DNA of 63,869 bases, filler included, from Choristocarpus tenellus KU-1152 (GCA_964200185.2; 10 parts of 10 records of this genome joined end to end with filler, not necessarily neighbours in it); one strand, 5' to 3'. Counted from the first letter of the whole stretch, positions 49,541 to 63,869 are shown. Translations and numbers: made by a program. Notes: a model not told the origin generated them from the sequence alone.

Positions 49541-51027
49541 TAGTGCTGCTGATACACTATAGACACCATAAGTGGAGTAGATTAGGAAATGCAGACTCCA
49601 CTGGTGGAGTNNNNNNNNNNNNNNNNNNNNNNNNNNNNNNNNNNNNNNNNNNNNTTAATTAATTAANNNNNNNNNNNNNNNNNNNNNNNNNNNNNNNNNN
49701 NNNNNNNNNNCTACACCATGATGCCTGTGCCTGAAATGCACTTAGTACCCCCCCTTAGGAGGGTGTGGTCGTAGAAGAGAAGATTGGCCATTAATATATT
49801 GTTAGCCAAAAGCAACCCCCGCAGTGCTCAAAGCTTGTGTTCCATAAGACGGTCAAGAGGGCCTTTAATACTCAGTGACGCCCCATTCGTAGATGCTTAC
49901 ATGTATGATGCATTCGATTCGGGTTTCAATATTATCACATCTTGCTTAGCCATTTATCGGTTAGATCGTTCAGGACCTGAAACATCCAGCCTGCAGAGAC
50001 TCCTTCAGGTGCCTGCCTATCCCTAGCTCTCCTGCGCAAGGAAGCGGCCTCACATCAATTATGTCAATTATGTCAATTATGCTACACTACAGTAACTTCA
50101 CCCAGCCAACAAAACCCACACGTATTACCTCAGAGACCTTCCGAAAAATTCTGGCAAGCCAAAGGAAATGTTGTTCGAAGAGCTATCTGCAAGAATGTGC
50201 CATCTCCAGGTCGGTAACGTTTGTGTTATACCTCAGTGATTCAAGCTCTATTCTCACTGTTCCGCACAACCGTTCTACTTGTACGATTCCTGGTATAATA
50301 TTAATTGGCCGTGGGAAACTGTAAAGTAGGGTTAGGGTGCTGGCTTGCGTGTACTTTGACTTGGTACCTGAGGTATAGAGTTCAGGGCTAAGGGAAGACG
50401 ACCGATTGCATCCTGGAAGGAGTACCGTTACATATATATATATATATTGCATGTGGCCATTGTATTATTACTATATTATATTATTGCGTAGACACACGTG
50501 CAAGTTTTTTGTTGTTGTTGTGATGTCTCACCTCCTTGCTAAGGACCTTTGGTAGCCCCAGCCCCCTGCGGTCTTGTTGAGCGTGGCAAGCCATCTCGAG
50601 TCCTTTCCTCTCAGTCCCGCCTGTCTGTTGAATAACGTCAACCCCAAAGCATCAATCGATCTTGGCGACACTGCCGTAACTGCTTCTCTGTGATGCTTCA
50701 ATTGCAACTTGGAAAATTTAGGGGGCCACTGTGAAGATTTACCCGTTCACAGAGCATGCATTGCCTTTTTTGGGGCTGGGCGAGTACCAAACACAGATGG
50801 AGCAGGCCGTCAGAGCGCAGGTGCTTCCGAGGTAATTTTTTTTGGGGGGGAGGGGGGGAGGGGGGGAGGGGGGGAGGGGGGGAGGCCCCGGGTTTGGGTG
50901 TGGATGTTTCTGTGTATGGCTACGGACTGTGACATTTCTTACCANNNNNNNNNNGCTGGGGGGGGTGGCGGACGGGCAGAGACAGGGGGGGGCGGGGGGG
51001 GGGGGCGGGGGTGTTGCGGGGGGGGGT

Positions 51028-51059
<32 letters not shown>

Positions 51060-51562
51060 AGGCCCCTGATTTTGGGGTGAATGTTTCTGTGTATGGCTAC
51101 GGACTTTGACATTTCTTACCAGCAGGTGTCCGTGTGACATGAAAGAGGTTGAGTATCGGATGTATGGTACTGTGGTTCTAGTAGAGGTATTCGTAGGCAA
51201 TGGAAGAACCCAAGGTGAGATTTCTTGGGCTCAATGTGGCCGTAGTGAAGAGCAATGGACTGACTCTAATTGATGGACTACTCAATGTCATCGATTGACG
51301 TAGTTTGATTCTCAAGAGAGGTTCCCGTGCTGATTTCTTGCCTGATTCTTTTTCTATTTCATATGTATGCAGTGGTGGAGGTGGACCATCATGGGGTGGC
51401 ATGTCATCAAGGTCATGAACCTACTTCCTCCATGGTGAAGCAATGCTTGTTTAGTTTGGGGTCTTGTTAAATCTAACACACAGTATGACCTGCAGGGCTA
51501 TGTACAATTGTTTAGTGATGTGTGAATTTGGCAGTTACATTGATTGTCCTCCCTCTCCACAG

Positions 51563-53816
51563 GGTTACTCTGGCGGTTTCAGCAGGTGCACTGTTTGACC
51601 TGGACCCCAGGAACAACCCTTTTCTGACTTCCCTCATAGTGGCTTTCTCCCTTGGCCGCCTGAGCAAGGTGAGTCCACTGTTGGGGGTGTTAAGGGTAGA
51701 CGCACACAGTTTTTCAATGCTTTTTTCAGGGCGTTTTGGAGTGCTGTCCTCCTCGCTGCCTTTCCAAATGATTTGAATGCTTGCACTGTTATAAAAGCCG
51801 CTCTTTTTTCATCACAAGTATGCAATATGTAAGGAGGTGCACTCACAAGAAATGTATTGTATTCGTTGGTTGTAACTTTCCATAAAGGTTTTGTACAATT
51901 GCTTTGGAAAAATTGTCTTTTATGTTTGAAGTCAGTTGGTTGGTCCTCATTTTTTCTACCAGTGATTGCGCAAAGGACAAACGCCTTCAAGTCAAAAGGC
52001 TCCCATGCTGGCATGATTTAACATGCCAGAGTCGAGAAAGTTTGCAGTTAGGTCCTGTTCTGCTTCAGTAAATGTTTTTTGTTTTTTCCAAAGTAGGCAC
52101 TTCGGCAGAAAATGTTTTGGAAACTTCTCAAGATTCGCCATGTTTGTGATTCCACACCTCAGTTTGGTAAGATTTTTTTCTAAACGATAGTTTCAGTATG
52201 GTGTGGTATGGTCTACCATTAAATATACTGTACGGGTCAATACTATTTGAAAAACTTATGAAGCCTTGCCGCCTCATACTTAATCCGGCGTTTTTGTGAT
52301 TTTCCAGTGTATTTACTGACATTCCCACTGTGCGGGATGGTGCAGTATGGTACAGTATAGTAGTGACTTTCTGTTGAAGTATTTGGATGGTAATGGTACA
52401 GTATTTCCGGCATTTGCATGGTTCAGTAGTACGTTTGTGATTGCCTTTGTGAAAATCTTACATAAAATCATGGTGCAGCAAAAAACATTCTCAATATGGT
52501 AGTCATTGGCTCGGTAATCACTACTACTGTGACAACCTTGGAATATCTCTACTGACAACAGGACTGCCAGATATATTGATCGCATGATGGGATTTTGTTT
52601 CACGTTGAATGTGCATATTTGCACTCCACTTACTGAGATCAAACCTTGGGTATGACTTTTTTAATTTTTGATTATATAACGGTTTGTCTCCTTTTTTGAC
52701 ACCTGGTTACAGTAGGATGACCATTGATGTATTACCATTAACTGTAGCTAAGTATCTGTGAATGTACTAGCAATATGTATATACATCTGTTTGTATTGTA
52801 GTGAAAGGCTTGTGTTGGATTGGGAGTCCCTCATGGTGAGAGCACATCAATTGTGCAATAGGGTCTGTAGCGAGTCAATGAGTCTTGTTCACCAGCGCAA
52901 CACACAACTTGTAGTTTTGATCTCTGGTGGAGGCACCTTTACCGCATCCAGAAAATATGTGTATCTTGAACAGAAGTTGCTGCAGGGTTGTGTCAGTGTG
53001 TTTTGGAGTGATCATCGTACCACTCGCCAAATCTGTTCTATTATGTTGTGCTCTGTCTGGTATGGATCAAAAGGATTCTTGCGATTTTCACATTGACACT
53101 GTACATGCTCACAGGGTGTGGCACAGAATTTGGCTCAACTGCTGCTCCAAGTCTCTTCCTCTGGAAAGACCCCAGGAGCATCCACTGCACCAGGTAGTGC
53201 TACTTTGAGCGAGATGGCTGTACCAGGGACAGCAGGGATGGGACTCTTGGCAGACCTTGTTGGCGAGCTCTTGGGTGGTACAAGTACCTGCCAACAGCTC
53301 GGGGAAGAGCTCTTTGAGTTCTTCAAGGTAATCTACCCCTCACTCCCTAACTAATCAATGTAACCTTCCTTGCTCCCCCCATGAAGGACAGCTGTAGTAC
53401 AGCATGAGACAGATTACCCACAAGACTTCTATTGGATGAATTCGCAAAGGTTGAAGATGTCGCAGAGGTATGTCTTGTCCTGTCCACGTTAACCTCAATA
53501 ATAGTTCCAAGGAAAGATCACTTACAACAAAAAAAATGGAAGTGCACTCCGTAACAATCACAATTCCAACACCTTTGAATGGCCTGTTACAAACCTTTCT
53601 CTCCCTCTCTCAATCCCATCCCATTCCTGACAGATTGTGCAGCAGGCTATGTTACCTCTTGAAGAGGCCCTAAAAGAGGGAGGCCCTTCAGGGGAAGAGT
53701 CTGAGGACACAGTGGTAGAAAAATCAAATCATTTGTTAGGCTGGGATGCTAGTCTGCTGTTGGCTGCGACATTTGTGGCACAGTTGGTGGATGATCCAAG
53801 AGCAAACCTCCCGGAG
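51563..53816 (+). CDS. Multi-exon helical protein of unknown function (fragment)
   Basis: Phase-consistent exons 51563-51668, 53115-53327 and 53634-53816 with AG/GT boundaries. Confidence 0.62.
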
Positions 53817-56282
53817 GTTGTAGCACTGATTGTTTGTTCTTTTCTGTGTATATGGTTGTTGCTAGCTTCTATTTCGTGGGTGTGGCGGAGGGTTAGGTGG
53901 AGACAAGGCTCAGGATAGAAATGTGATGTTAGGATAACGAGTGGTTTGGACAAGCACAGATACTGACTTGTGAGAATGCTCATACCATGGGGAGCTTGGA
54001 GTCAAGCAGACCAAGCCAATGAAAACAGAGAGAGTTGGTTTTGTATGTGAGGCCATTGTGTGGTGATGAAAATAATTTTGAAGTGGCTTTTTCATTTCAT
54101 TGTGTGAGAACTTTCTGTTATAAAATTTTCTCCCCTGAGCTGTTGTACAAACTGTATGATGGTACAATGCTATGTAAGAGACTTTGGAGTACACTACTTA
54201 CAGCCCAACAAACTCTCCTATCTTCCTCCAAAATATTGAGGAATATCAATCGCTGCCCACATGATTATCACCAATAGTGATTTGGGTGGTGATACATGCA
54301 AGGAGGTCGGCTATGTATTATCGTCTCCACCTACTTCCTCTAGCACCAGTTATTGATGCACTCACACATATGGTGTTAACTGCGAAATAACTCTGGCCGT
54401 TGTATGTATATTGAAAATTTTTGCCAAGAGGTTGTACTTGCCATCGGTATCTGTTCATGATTTCATTTTGTTATAGAGACTACTGAAGTTCCTTCTCCTA
54501 TTACTCAGTCAATGAGTGCTAGAACACAGTCACCCTGTATAACTACCAGATGTGATAACTGTCATCATCCATGTTGTCGATAGTTATGGTGGATCACATC
54601 CAACACCCCAGTTTAGTAATTGTCGTGAGTATATAGCCTCTCTTCTTCTGTTTATCACCTCCGTAAATTCAGGATTCAGTATCCCACCAGTTGGGTGAGT
54701 ATCTCAATTACGTTCAAGGGCCATTGTGGGGCAATTAGGCACCGCCCAGTATTTGTTGTGCTATGATGTGTCCCTTTCAGTAGAGCTCATTTTGTTCGAT
54801 TGTCCTTTTACTCAACCACCATTTGCACCACTCCCCTACCCACATGGATTACAAACACTAAAATATTGTTCTTTCATTCAAACATAATACATACACACAT
54901 ACATAGTAGTAGTACATACATCGATAGATACACACATGCTAGTAGTACATATATACATATATACACACATGCATACAGGGAGATCATATTGTTATGTAGG
55001 TTGCATCAGCTGACAGGGAAAATTAACAGGACACTCAGGGGTTGGCTGAGTTGTTTGTGTAAACAGTAGACCTCGAAATTTGATTATCAAAAGTGTATTT
55101 TTGATTGTGCAAATGCGACCATGCAGTCATTGCAGAGAGGCATGAACAATTGACCCAAACTATCTGGGGGGGGGGGGGGGGNNNNNNNNNNNNNNNNNNN
55201 NNNNNNNNNNNNNNNNNNNNNNNNNTTAATTAATTAANNNNNNNNNNNNNNNNNNNNNNNNNNNNNNNNNNNNNNNNNNNNGTGTCTGTGTCCTCACAGA
55301 AAGTCACCAAATGGTGTCAAAAAGATGTCCGGAAATCGTGGGGGGGGTTTCGTGAACATCTCACCAGCCAAACTTGGACAGCGGCCTACCCCGGACCAGT
55401 GTTTGCAAGGAGTTGATCCAACCACTTCATTTTTGTATCTTTTGAACTCGTGACCTTGAAAATTGCGTCGGATATATTCCCCCGCGTTTTTTCCATTATT
55501 TGATCGGGACATAGCTCCCGTTCCCAAAAGAATATTAAAAAAAAAAACATTGCAACCTTCAAAAAGGTCTTGTGATACCGTCTCATGTGAAATATATTGT
55601 TGTACATCTGTTGTGATGATGTTCTGGTGCAAAAATTCAAGATTCTCTCACAAAAGGCGAAGCTACTGGTACCACTTTACAAATACATGCTGGGTGGCTA
55701 AGACGATTAGTGATCGTGTTTATGTCAACTTAGCCTTCAATATACTGTACACATTTTTATTGCTCACGTGGAAAGGCCACACAAAATTGACAGTTGAACT
55801 TCTAGAAAACATTGTGGACATGGTCTGGACATGCCATTAAAAAAATTAACTGGTTGGTGGCCATGGTCCAGCAATGCAAGGGAAAATGTTAGACTGGCTC
55901 GCTGGTGGACATAGATCGGTACATTATCCAATGAACATGGTCCGGACACGTCAGAGATATCGAACCCGGTCTGGCTGGTGGACATGTGTCCAGAATAAGA
56001 TACGAATTACGGCAATATGTAACGGAACGCATTCGGGACAATGGTTCATGCCTTGGCTGGTTATCTTATATGTTGTATTTTTTCTTTACAGGCTACAAGT
56101 CAAATTCACCCTCTAGGATTTTCTCAGAGTAATCCTTTGGGGAACGAGACGATAAACCGTCGAATTAAACCATAACGGATATTGTTGATCTCATAAAAGA
56201 GTTATTATCCAATCGAAGCCACCGATTTATCCCAGACAATCAAAATGCTGCCAAACCTGCATTGTACAAGGAGGAGACTTAC

Positions 56283-57376
56283 ATTGATTTGATTAGATAG
56301 TAGATGCGCTTGTTTGCTACCATGCCACACCCTTCCGCTGCCTCAGTCGAAACCCTGATCATCAGGCAGAAACAAGGACTATATCACCACAACAGGCCTT
56401 CCATGCACGAATAGTTATCAAGCCAAACTTCACTCATATACGGAGAGGTTGTCAACCGTGTACTGGCAGCCCTTGCACCGATGCTTCATTCTGTTTTAAC
56501 CCAGGACTCCTCGCCCACTGTCTGTGCAGCCTTAAATACCGAACTTCTTCTTCCGTTCCTAGCAAACACAGTACCTCGTTCGTTCCCAAAAAGCAGGGCA
56601 TCGAAACCCGTTCGACTAATCACATCCATTCCCCCAGCCTTTGCTTTAATTCCCACTTGTTCTAAGCCACAGACAGGGCAAGCGATAGAAGTCGGTACGA
56701 TTCGGGCAAAGGCTTACCTCCATCATCTGCCTCCCAGGACGAATTAGATGCATGGCTAAAGGCAAACTGAGTCTGCTTTCATCATGCCTGTAGTCATGAC
56801 TGCTTCACGTCCATAACTGACGAGTGCAGGTATATAAAACGACTCCTTGGTTCCCAGGGGAATCCCCCCATACCTTTCGGGAACCCACCGAGGACCTCCA
56901 GTTACTCAATCCACTGCAGAGTCTCGTATGTTGGTAACCTTAATAGAAACGCATCTCCGATACCTAGCAGCGACGCAAGACTCGAAACTCCCTCCACTAC
57001 TCGCGAGAAGCCTAACCGATTCAGATGCTGCAGAGTCTTGAAGTTACACTATGGAGTCTGACTTTCCACTCATGTAATTCCAACTATAGACATTTAGACT
57101 TTCATTCCACCTCGATAATATTCACCATGACACCGACCTATGGTACTAGTCAAGTATCGACAAATGCCCTGCTATGTCAACCACGCAGAGTCCTCTCGAG
57201 AATTCTTGTCCAGGTTCTCCTTGACATAGGTGCAGAACTCATATATTTTTGTGAAAATTGCTTACCACAGCTCAACATGGCAGGCAAAGGTACCTTGAAT
57301 GCAGCAAGCCCCAGAGGGTGCAATATTCTACCAATGCAGGTACAAAGGTCATGCAAACTTCCAATAGCGTTTTCTG
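56283..57376 (-). CDS. Probable small-exon host gene fragment, unknown function
   Basis: Minus-strand donors GTATGG (after 56874), GTAAGC (after 56718) and GTAAGT (after 56283) with short open exons. The model is tentative. Confidence 0.35.
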
Positions 57377-57420
57377 TTCGATTGACTCTTCCCAACACTA
57401 CCAGAGAGTTACAATAAATA

Positions 57421-59563
57421 TGTATGGAGTAACGGAAAAATCAATTAGTGGTTGAGTCATCAGAACATTTTACTAGTGATTAGTTTGAGAGAAATTTCTC
57501 ATATAAAAGGAAATATTTCCGTTGTTATGGCGTGCTCCATACCCCACCTAAATTTTATCAAACACTCTACAGACACCAAGAAATCTCGCTGTGTTTCTCA
57601 CCTTTATCCTCTTTGATGATTTTCGGAATACTTTAACACAATATATTGAACCTTAGGTTTTCATCCATCATTTCATCATGTCTACACGAAGAGATGCGAT
57701 TCAAGAATTGCGGGAACCTGCTCCTTCCGAGGGCCCATCTGTCCAAGAATTCAGACAGCTTATGGCGATGGTAGCGGAGTTGTCAAGAAACGTTAGCAAT
57801 CTCATGGTTCAGTCTGAAAGAGTCGGCGATGGAGATCATCCCGTCGTCCAGGCCGCTATACCCAGCATACGGCGTCCGGCTGGGGGCGTACCAGTCGAAG
57901 TGGGTCCTATGGAACCCATGTTGAGGGAAAATTTCCCAGAGAGGGGAAACAGTTTGGATGCTGCGAGCATCAGAAGTGGGGCGAGCTGGAGGTTCGGTTC
58001 TTCGGAGAGATTGGGGACAGGCGCACATATTGTTCGCCCTACGACAAAGAGATCGAGAACCCAACCACCGAAACTATTGGACGACTCGGACTACCGGGAC
58101 TGGCAGAGGCGTTTCATCGTTCATTGCCGATATACCCATTGTTTGGATGCGTTGACAAGTGAAAGACCAGCCAATCAAGAACGCTCCTACGAGGAACTTC
58201 TCTCGGACGGTTTCAGTGCGAATGATATCTGGATGGCCGAAGAGGCCTACCATGCACTTACTGTTGCTCTCGTCGCACCCACCACCAGGGCACTATGCTA
58301 TACGCATCAAAGTCCGAGTGAGCATTTCCGAGCAATAGATGATTGGTTCATGCCTAATACAGTGGGTAATAGCCAACAATTGTTCCGTGAGTTTTTCACC
58401 GCAAAGGTTTAGAAGGGGGCGAACCCGATCCTGGCCTTAAACCATCTCGAAGAGCTTCGGAAGATGATGCTATCAATGGATCTGGTGATCTCGGACAAGC
58501 TGCTGCTCCTACAGTTCCCGAGTGCTCTCGGATCAGATTACGATCCCGAGATACGCATGATGGCCTCGCATAGAACACTATGTCGAGCAGACGTAGAGAA
58601 AACTGCTAGAGAGTGATATGCTTCCCTTCATCAAGGCAAGCACTCAAGCCAAAAGAACAGCAATGCTTTGGTCGATAAAAACCTCATCGTAAGGGCAGAG
58701 TCAGTCTCACCGCAAACGGCCAAGGTCGCGGGGCCGAACGTAAATATAATGGTGGAAGAAAGAAACATGGTTCGAATTCCAACCCAAAACGTTCCGAGAA
58801 GATTCCTTGTGAGAGATGCGGTAAGCATGGACATAAAAAGACAGCTTGCCCAAACCACATTTGCACCAAATGTGGTGGACGTGCCCATGATGCAACAACA
58901 TGTACTTCAGTGTTCTTGACTATGATGCAGTCTGGGAAGGAAGAGATCAAGATTAAGGCGAATCCTTCCCACATTACTGTGGAAAGTACCACCAGCTGCG
59001 GCGACGAGGAGCGATACACACTACTGGTCGCCAGTGAGGACTCTCCAAGCAGCAATGCTCCAGGCAAGTGTGGGGAAAACGAATGTTTTGTGTCAAGTGT
59101 TGGGGTTGGCCGCGAGAGAGAGGAATGGATTCTGGGACAGTGCGGCTTCATCCATGTAACCAATATGATAACTCACATGACTAATTACAAGCCTTGCGTT
59201 GGAAATGAAAGGGTAGTCACTGCTAGCCAAAATTCCTTTTGCATCGCTGGTCATGGTGATCTAATCATCTTGGTTCCGTCACGTGACAACAAGGAGGTAG
59301 AAATACTCCTTCAGAATGTCGCCCATGTCCCTGATCTAGGATTCAACCTTTTCTCTTGCCAAGCAGCAGCTGACAACGGTGCAAAAGGCATTTTCACAGC
59401 CAGCACATTTTCGCTATTAGATGGAGTACTTAACTTCACAAGAGATCCTGGTTGCCACTACATCTTCCATGGTCAACGCATATTGCCGCGACTAAATCGA
59501 AATGCTAAAGTTGCTTTAAAGGCCACTATAGCCCCCTCGCTTGCACCCCACGCTCCCCACACC
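57421..59563 (+). mobile_element. Degenerate Ty1/Copia family 2 (putative LTR end, gag, two zinc knuckles, protease region)
   Basis: Gag ORF 57678-58412 (DYRDWQRRF) continues through stops. CCHC knuckles CERCGKHGHKKTAC and CTKCGGRAHDATTC. EEWIL.. protease position and LLQNVAHVPDLGFNLFS. Putative LTR end TTTAACA at 57638; LTR start uncertain. Confidence 0.85.
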
Positions 59564-61290
59564 NNNNNNNNNNNNNNNNNNNNNNNNNNNNNNNNNNNNN
59601 NNNNNNNTTAATTAATTAANNNNNNNNNNNNNNNNNNNNNNNNNNNNNNNNNNNNNNNNNNNNACATCTGCATATCTACTGGAGGGAGCATGGCACTGTT
59701 GAAAAAGATGCAAGTTACGAAACCAAGCCTGAAAGGTGGCCCTCCTGCCACCATACGCCCCCCTTACGGAGACTAGCACAAATAGGTTATGTCCAAGGAA
59801 GGGCGACACGCACCTTGGTACTACCTTGGTACAGGTAGTCCATATGCTGATTTGGTATTTGAATCGATACTCGCAATATTTCCAAGCTTTCGAGTCAGCT
59901 AGGACAATGAAATCGATTAAGGTCTCGAGAAAGTACTGAAGTGTGGCGCATCATGTTGGCCTACACAAAGGTTCAATTGCAACAGTTATCATTTTGACTT
60001 AAGTGACGAGGTATGTAGGACAGCCAGACGCTACTTTAGGGGAGCCAGAAGAGGGAAAGGGACATACAACCAGAGGTACCATGAACGCACTAGAAGAGAT
60101 GCTTAAGGGGTGGAAATTCACGAGCACAACGGCAGGCTTGGGGAAATTCTTGTACTTGTATGGGCGTTGGGTATCATATATGGCTTCCATGAGTTCTCCA
60201 CATGATTTTCGACGTCGACAATCGCAAGAAGAATATGCAGCACATTGAGTTACACACGGGAGGCCAGGGATAAGGGCGTTACCTTTGCACAAGCGGGTGC
60301 TCATAGACCACCTTTGTCTCTCCCTCGCTAGGAGCTCCACCAGACACCAGCAGTTTCTCGAAGGACGCCATCACCGCAGTTTGCAGCACGTACGAACTGT
60401 AGCAAGGGAAGCATGAACTGGACATCTTAGAAGTAAGTGTGGAGAGGTGGTTGTTCATCGCACCATAAAATGGAAGTGGGGTTTTGCGAGTCCTGGCCAT
60501 GTCAATTCTTCTCAGGGTACGCCATCGACATAGACCAAGAGTCGACCTGACATTGTACTTCTCTGCCTGGTCCTTGAGAAACACGAGAAAACATACTGAT
60601 ATCTATACATGACCCATACAGCCTGTCAGGTGTGGTTAGGTCAACACCCAAACATCAACATCCATTTGATTCGGCGTACCAATGGAAAAAGGGGGCTATG
60701 ATCGCCCATTGGGGATATCAGGATCTCCCTGGAACAATACGCGGAACACGCATACATCTGATACGCATCACTTACTCTATCCCAATCATTCCCCTTATTG
60801 AACTAGTAGTGTGCTAAGAGAGAGACCAAAATCAGAAAAAGTGGAAGCCTATATTGGTTTCCTTGACCACTGTCAGTTGACCAAATGAGGCAATTACATG
60901 CAGACTGTGTAAAGGGTCCTAATTTCTATAGGAATACAAAGAAGGTTACCTCTCGTCGAGCTCACCTACTTCCACCAAGGAGGTTCGACCTTGATTTGTG
61001 AGAGTAACCTATGTGAACCCCACAACAAGAAATATGAATTGTGCGCGCGGTGTGAGAAGTCTGTGATTGGATACGATATTGGGTCACCATATTTTTGATC
61101 ACCTAACACTGTGTAGATACAGCAAGCAATGCCAGACTCAGTCAACAGTAGTGTCATACCACAGTGAGTCCCAAGTCCACACCAGCTAGCACATGTTTTC
61201 CCAAGTTTATTAGGGGTCGAAATACATCGCTTGCACAGTTCCTGGATGAGTAAAGGACACTTTATTCGTTGAGGACAACGGAATAGCCAG

Positions 61291-63221
61291 GTGGAGAAAG
61301 AGATCCATCCCACTTTGTAAATGGACACGTACGGAGACCATCCTCTCTCCACCGAGTACAGTAAGTATGTAAGTGAGAGTGACACAGAGGGTGAAGACAA
61401 TGGGGGCACGAAACTGGGTCGAATGGGTGTGGGTTCTGGTGCTCCACATCAGAGCGAGAACGCTCTCTCAATATTTGCCAAGATGGCTGTGAAGTGGAGG
61501 ACGTCGCGCTCCCATAGCAACGGCGGGACACTGTGGAAGGACATAGAGGAAGGTCCTCCCACCAATGATGTAGAGCAACAGGAAACAAGGTGAGGTGACT
61601 TGGTCCCATGGTAGCGTAAGTGGCGTGCCAAAGATCCCTCCCCCTGAAACTCTGAACTTTTTATGGGCACCTGTGCTTAGACAGCGGTTTACTCACTAGT
61701 AGAGGGCTATTATGAGGTGCTACACATTCAATAGCATCAAGGTATGGCGAAAAATATGTGATTCGGACGTAAAACTCCGATGGCAACAGATGCTTATCTA
61801 GTGCTGAACCTCCTGACACATGTTGCAACTGTCGGCCACATCCATTGGGAAAACATTCAGGGTTATACATCAAGTGTTGTGATACCCCTTGTACCTTTTG
61901 CGCAATCCAACCACATAGTAATATTTCCACTGCTCTAAAATGCTTGCAAGCTCAAATCCTCCGATGTGAGGTGCACGTTGTGGTGCTGAAACTTCACAGT
62001 GCTGTCGTTTATCAGTGCTTTCTGGTTGTCCTCTAGGCACATCGTGCCTCACTGGCCTAGTTTCTACATTTAATCTCATCAAATGAAGTTGCTGTTCTGT
62101 TAGTCTCCTCTCTCACCGCCCTCTCCCCTATTCTGACTGCAGCAGCAACGATGATGCTCGAGGCGGCATACCGAGATTGATGAAAGGACTCTCCTTCAAA
62201 TCTTCCGCCTCCAGGAAGATAGGGTGAGTCAACCGGTAGGGGCAAGCGCGACAGCTTCGACAAATAGCATGGCATGTCTTTCTTCCTCTTCATGCAAAGT
62301 TTGTTCCCTAAAAGAACTACTTCAACCTCGACATTGCACATACCACATACCGTTTCCCTTCCGCAACTTGGTGGGTCTTCATCACTCGAGTTTGGGAAAG
62401 GAACGTTGCTGTTATAGAAGCGGCGGGTATGGTAATCCAGTTGTTTGGCGATATTTTGTTTGTGGTCGATTCCATCTTTCCTGTACTTAATCAAACACTG
62501 TTTTGTGTTTACAAGTGTCGAACACATATTAGGTGATGACAAGTTTGCTTTTTTGTGTGTTTTATTTGCTCTCTACTAATTGTCTCCTTCTCGTGAGGAA
62601 ACCTCAGGCGGCAAGCTACAGGGTATGAAATTGAAGTGGAGTAGGTCAATGGTCGTTTTTTGTACTCGGTAGGAATTGGCACTATCTTACGCCGTGCGGT
62701 CTACTTGTTGCCCTTTAAGAAGTTGCTCATCTTCCCACTATTCCATCCACCACGCCACAGTGAAAGCACTGGAAGAAGTCCAGTGTTCACAGGGCAGGCT
62801 GAAAAGAACATATTCGGGAAGAAATTGTTGCCTCAGTTTGTAGGGGATTAGACTGGACCATTCGGAAGACGTAAGGTGCAACAGCCTATTGCCAATCTTC
62901 CTTGTGCTGGTGGTCCTTGATCCTTAGCAACATGTCACAAAGCAGGATGAACAATGTGTACCAACACAGTGCCCTGTTGGCCTGCATGCCTGCCTGGTTT
63001 GTGACTAAGCAAATGCATAGTGCTGGCATCGATTGAAAAAATACGCCAGAATTCCCCACCCCCCACTCCCTGGATGGCGCCCACATCCTACTTTATCCTG
63101 TCCCTGCGTCTTAGCCACAGTTTGAATGAGTCTCTCATCGAACAAGAGGACTTAGGTGAAAGAACAACATCTGGGTCGCACCAGATACTCTCGAGTGTGG
63201 AGGGAAGCGAGATAGACCCAG
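61291..63221 (+). CDS. Probable host gene fragment, low-complexity protein
   Basis: Phase-2-consistent exons ending 61589 (AG|GTGAGG), 62143-62223 (GG|GTGAGT) and 63115-63221 (G|GTAAGG). Confidence 0.35.
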
Positions 63222-63869
63222 GTAAGGGGAAGAGGTGGGGGGAACCTGACGGACTTTGGGAAGAAGCCAAAAGTGGGGATCTCGAAGCGCTGTCCCAAAA
63301 GCTGGGATGCTCCCCGTGAATGGAGTGGATGCTAACGCTGAGGATAAGGGTGGCTGGGGGTTGGGACGGCTGTGTTGATGCGGCGAGCTTGGTTTTGTTG
63401 TTAGGGAATGAAATTCCTTCAATTTGTGAAATGGGAAGTGGTGCCTCTCTTCTCTTCTCTTCTCTTCTCTTCTCATCTTGTATCGGATTTACAATCTCGA
63501 CGCACTTCCCCATTGCTGTGAAACAATACATGCATACCTGAGTTTTACATACCTGCAATGCTGTCACACAATTTGTGATGAATCATGAATACAAATGGCC
63601 TCATCACCGAGAGCCCAGGGGCACATTGACGTGCTTGTAGTCAATTATCACAGGGGTACCATCAGATCTCATACTAAGACCGCCTGCGTTGTATTGTTGC
63701 AGTGAACAAGCAACTTAACACCCATGTAATGGAACAACACTTGCGCAGTTCGTCAAAGCACACCACAACCTTCCATGCTAACCTCTTCCTGGGCATTCAT
63801 ATCGGCTAGTTGTGACTGTTAACATAGTCTCGCCCCCCCCCCCCCCCCCCCCCTCGCCAATTTCTGTCT

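Noticed and set aside
50840-51125. Gly/Pro-rich ORFs and a ~50-bp duplication around a 10-N gap
   Set aside because: Poly-G tracts and an overlap duplication typical of a scaffolding artifact.
56161-57100. Tyrosine-recombinase (DIRS/Ngaro)-like peptide hints, also at 29190-29700
   Set aside because: Motifs are weak and broken, and splice signals explain these regions better as small host exons.
61661-61930. SPYLDAIE resembling the Tc1/mariner SPDLNPIE motif
   Set aside because: A single short motif with no other DDE context or TIRs; it lies among plus-strand exon candidates.

Overview
Eukaryotic, intron-rich, repeat-rich genomic DNA. The window is not one locus. It is 10 unrelated draft contigs joined by artificial 100-bp linkers (N44-TTAATTAATTAA-N44), so adjacency across linkers has no meaning. 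Short spliced exons, interstitial TTAGGG arrays (some inside exons) and the TE types suggest a stramenopile, possibly a brown alga or close relative; this is inference only. Host genes rebuilt by hand from splice sites and reading frame: a divergent kinesin motor (9 exons, minus strand, one GC-AG intron), a 5'-complete orphan gene with at least 14 exons, a TKL-type protein kinase with a long disordered N-terminus, one DEAH-helicase-like exon, and fragments of three or so unidentified genes. Mobile DNA: two Copia families (one as a 1.8-kb two-LTR deletion derivative), head-to-head Gypsy remnants, a solo LTR with a 4-bp TSD, a 260-300 bp MITE family with 3-bp TSDs, a tandem/inverted unclassified ~1.85-kb repeat, and the 3' remnant of a REL-type non-LTR element. 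Most notable: Copia elements with palindromes where a tRNA primer-binding site should be, a divergent gag/pol Gypsy arrangement, the rewired kinesin motifs, and a clear CpG-decay signature. No CRISPR array, rRNA or tRNA gene was found. I cannot claim a proven novel system.
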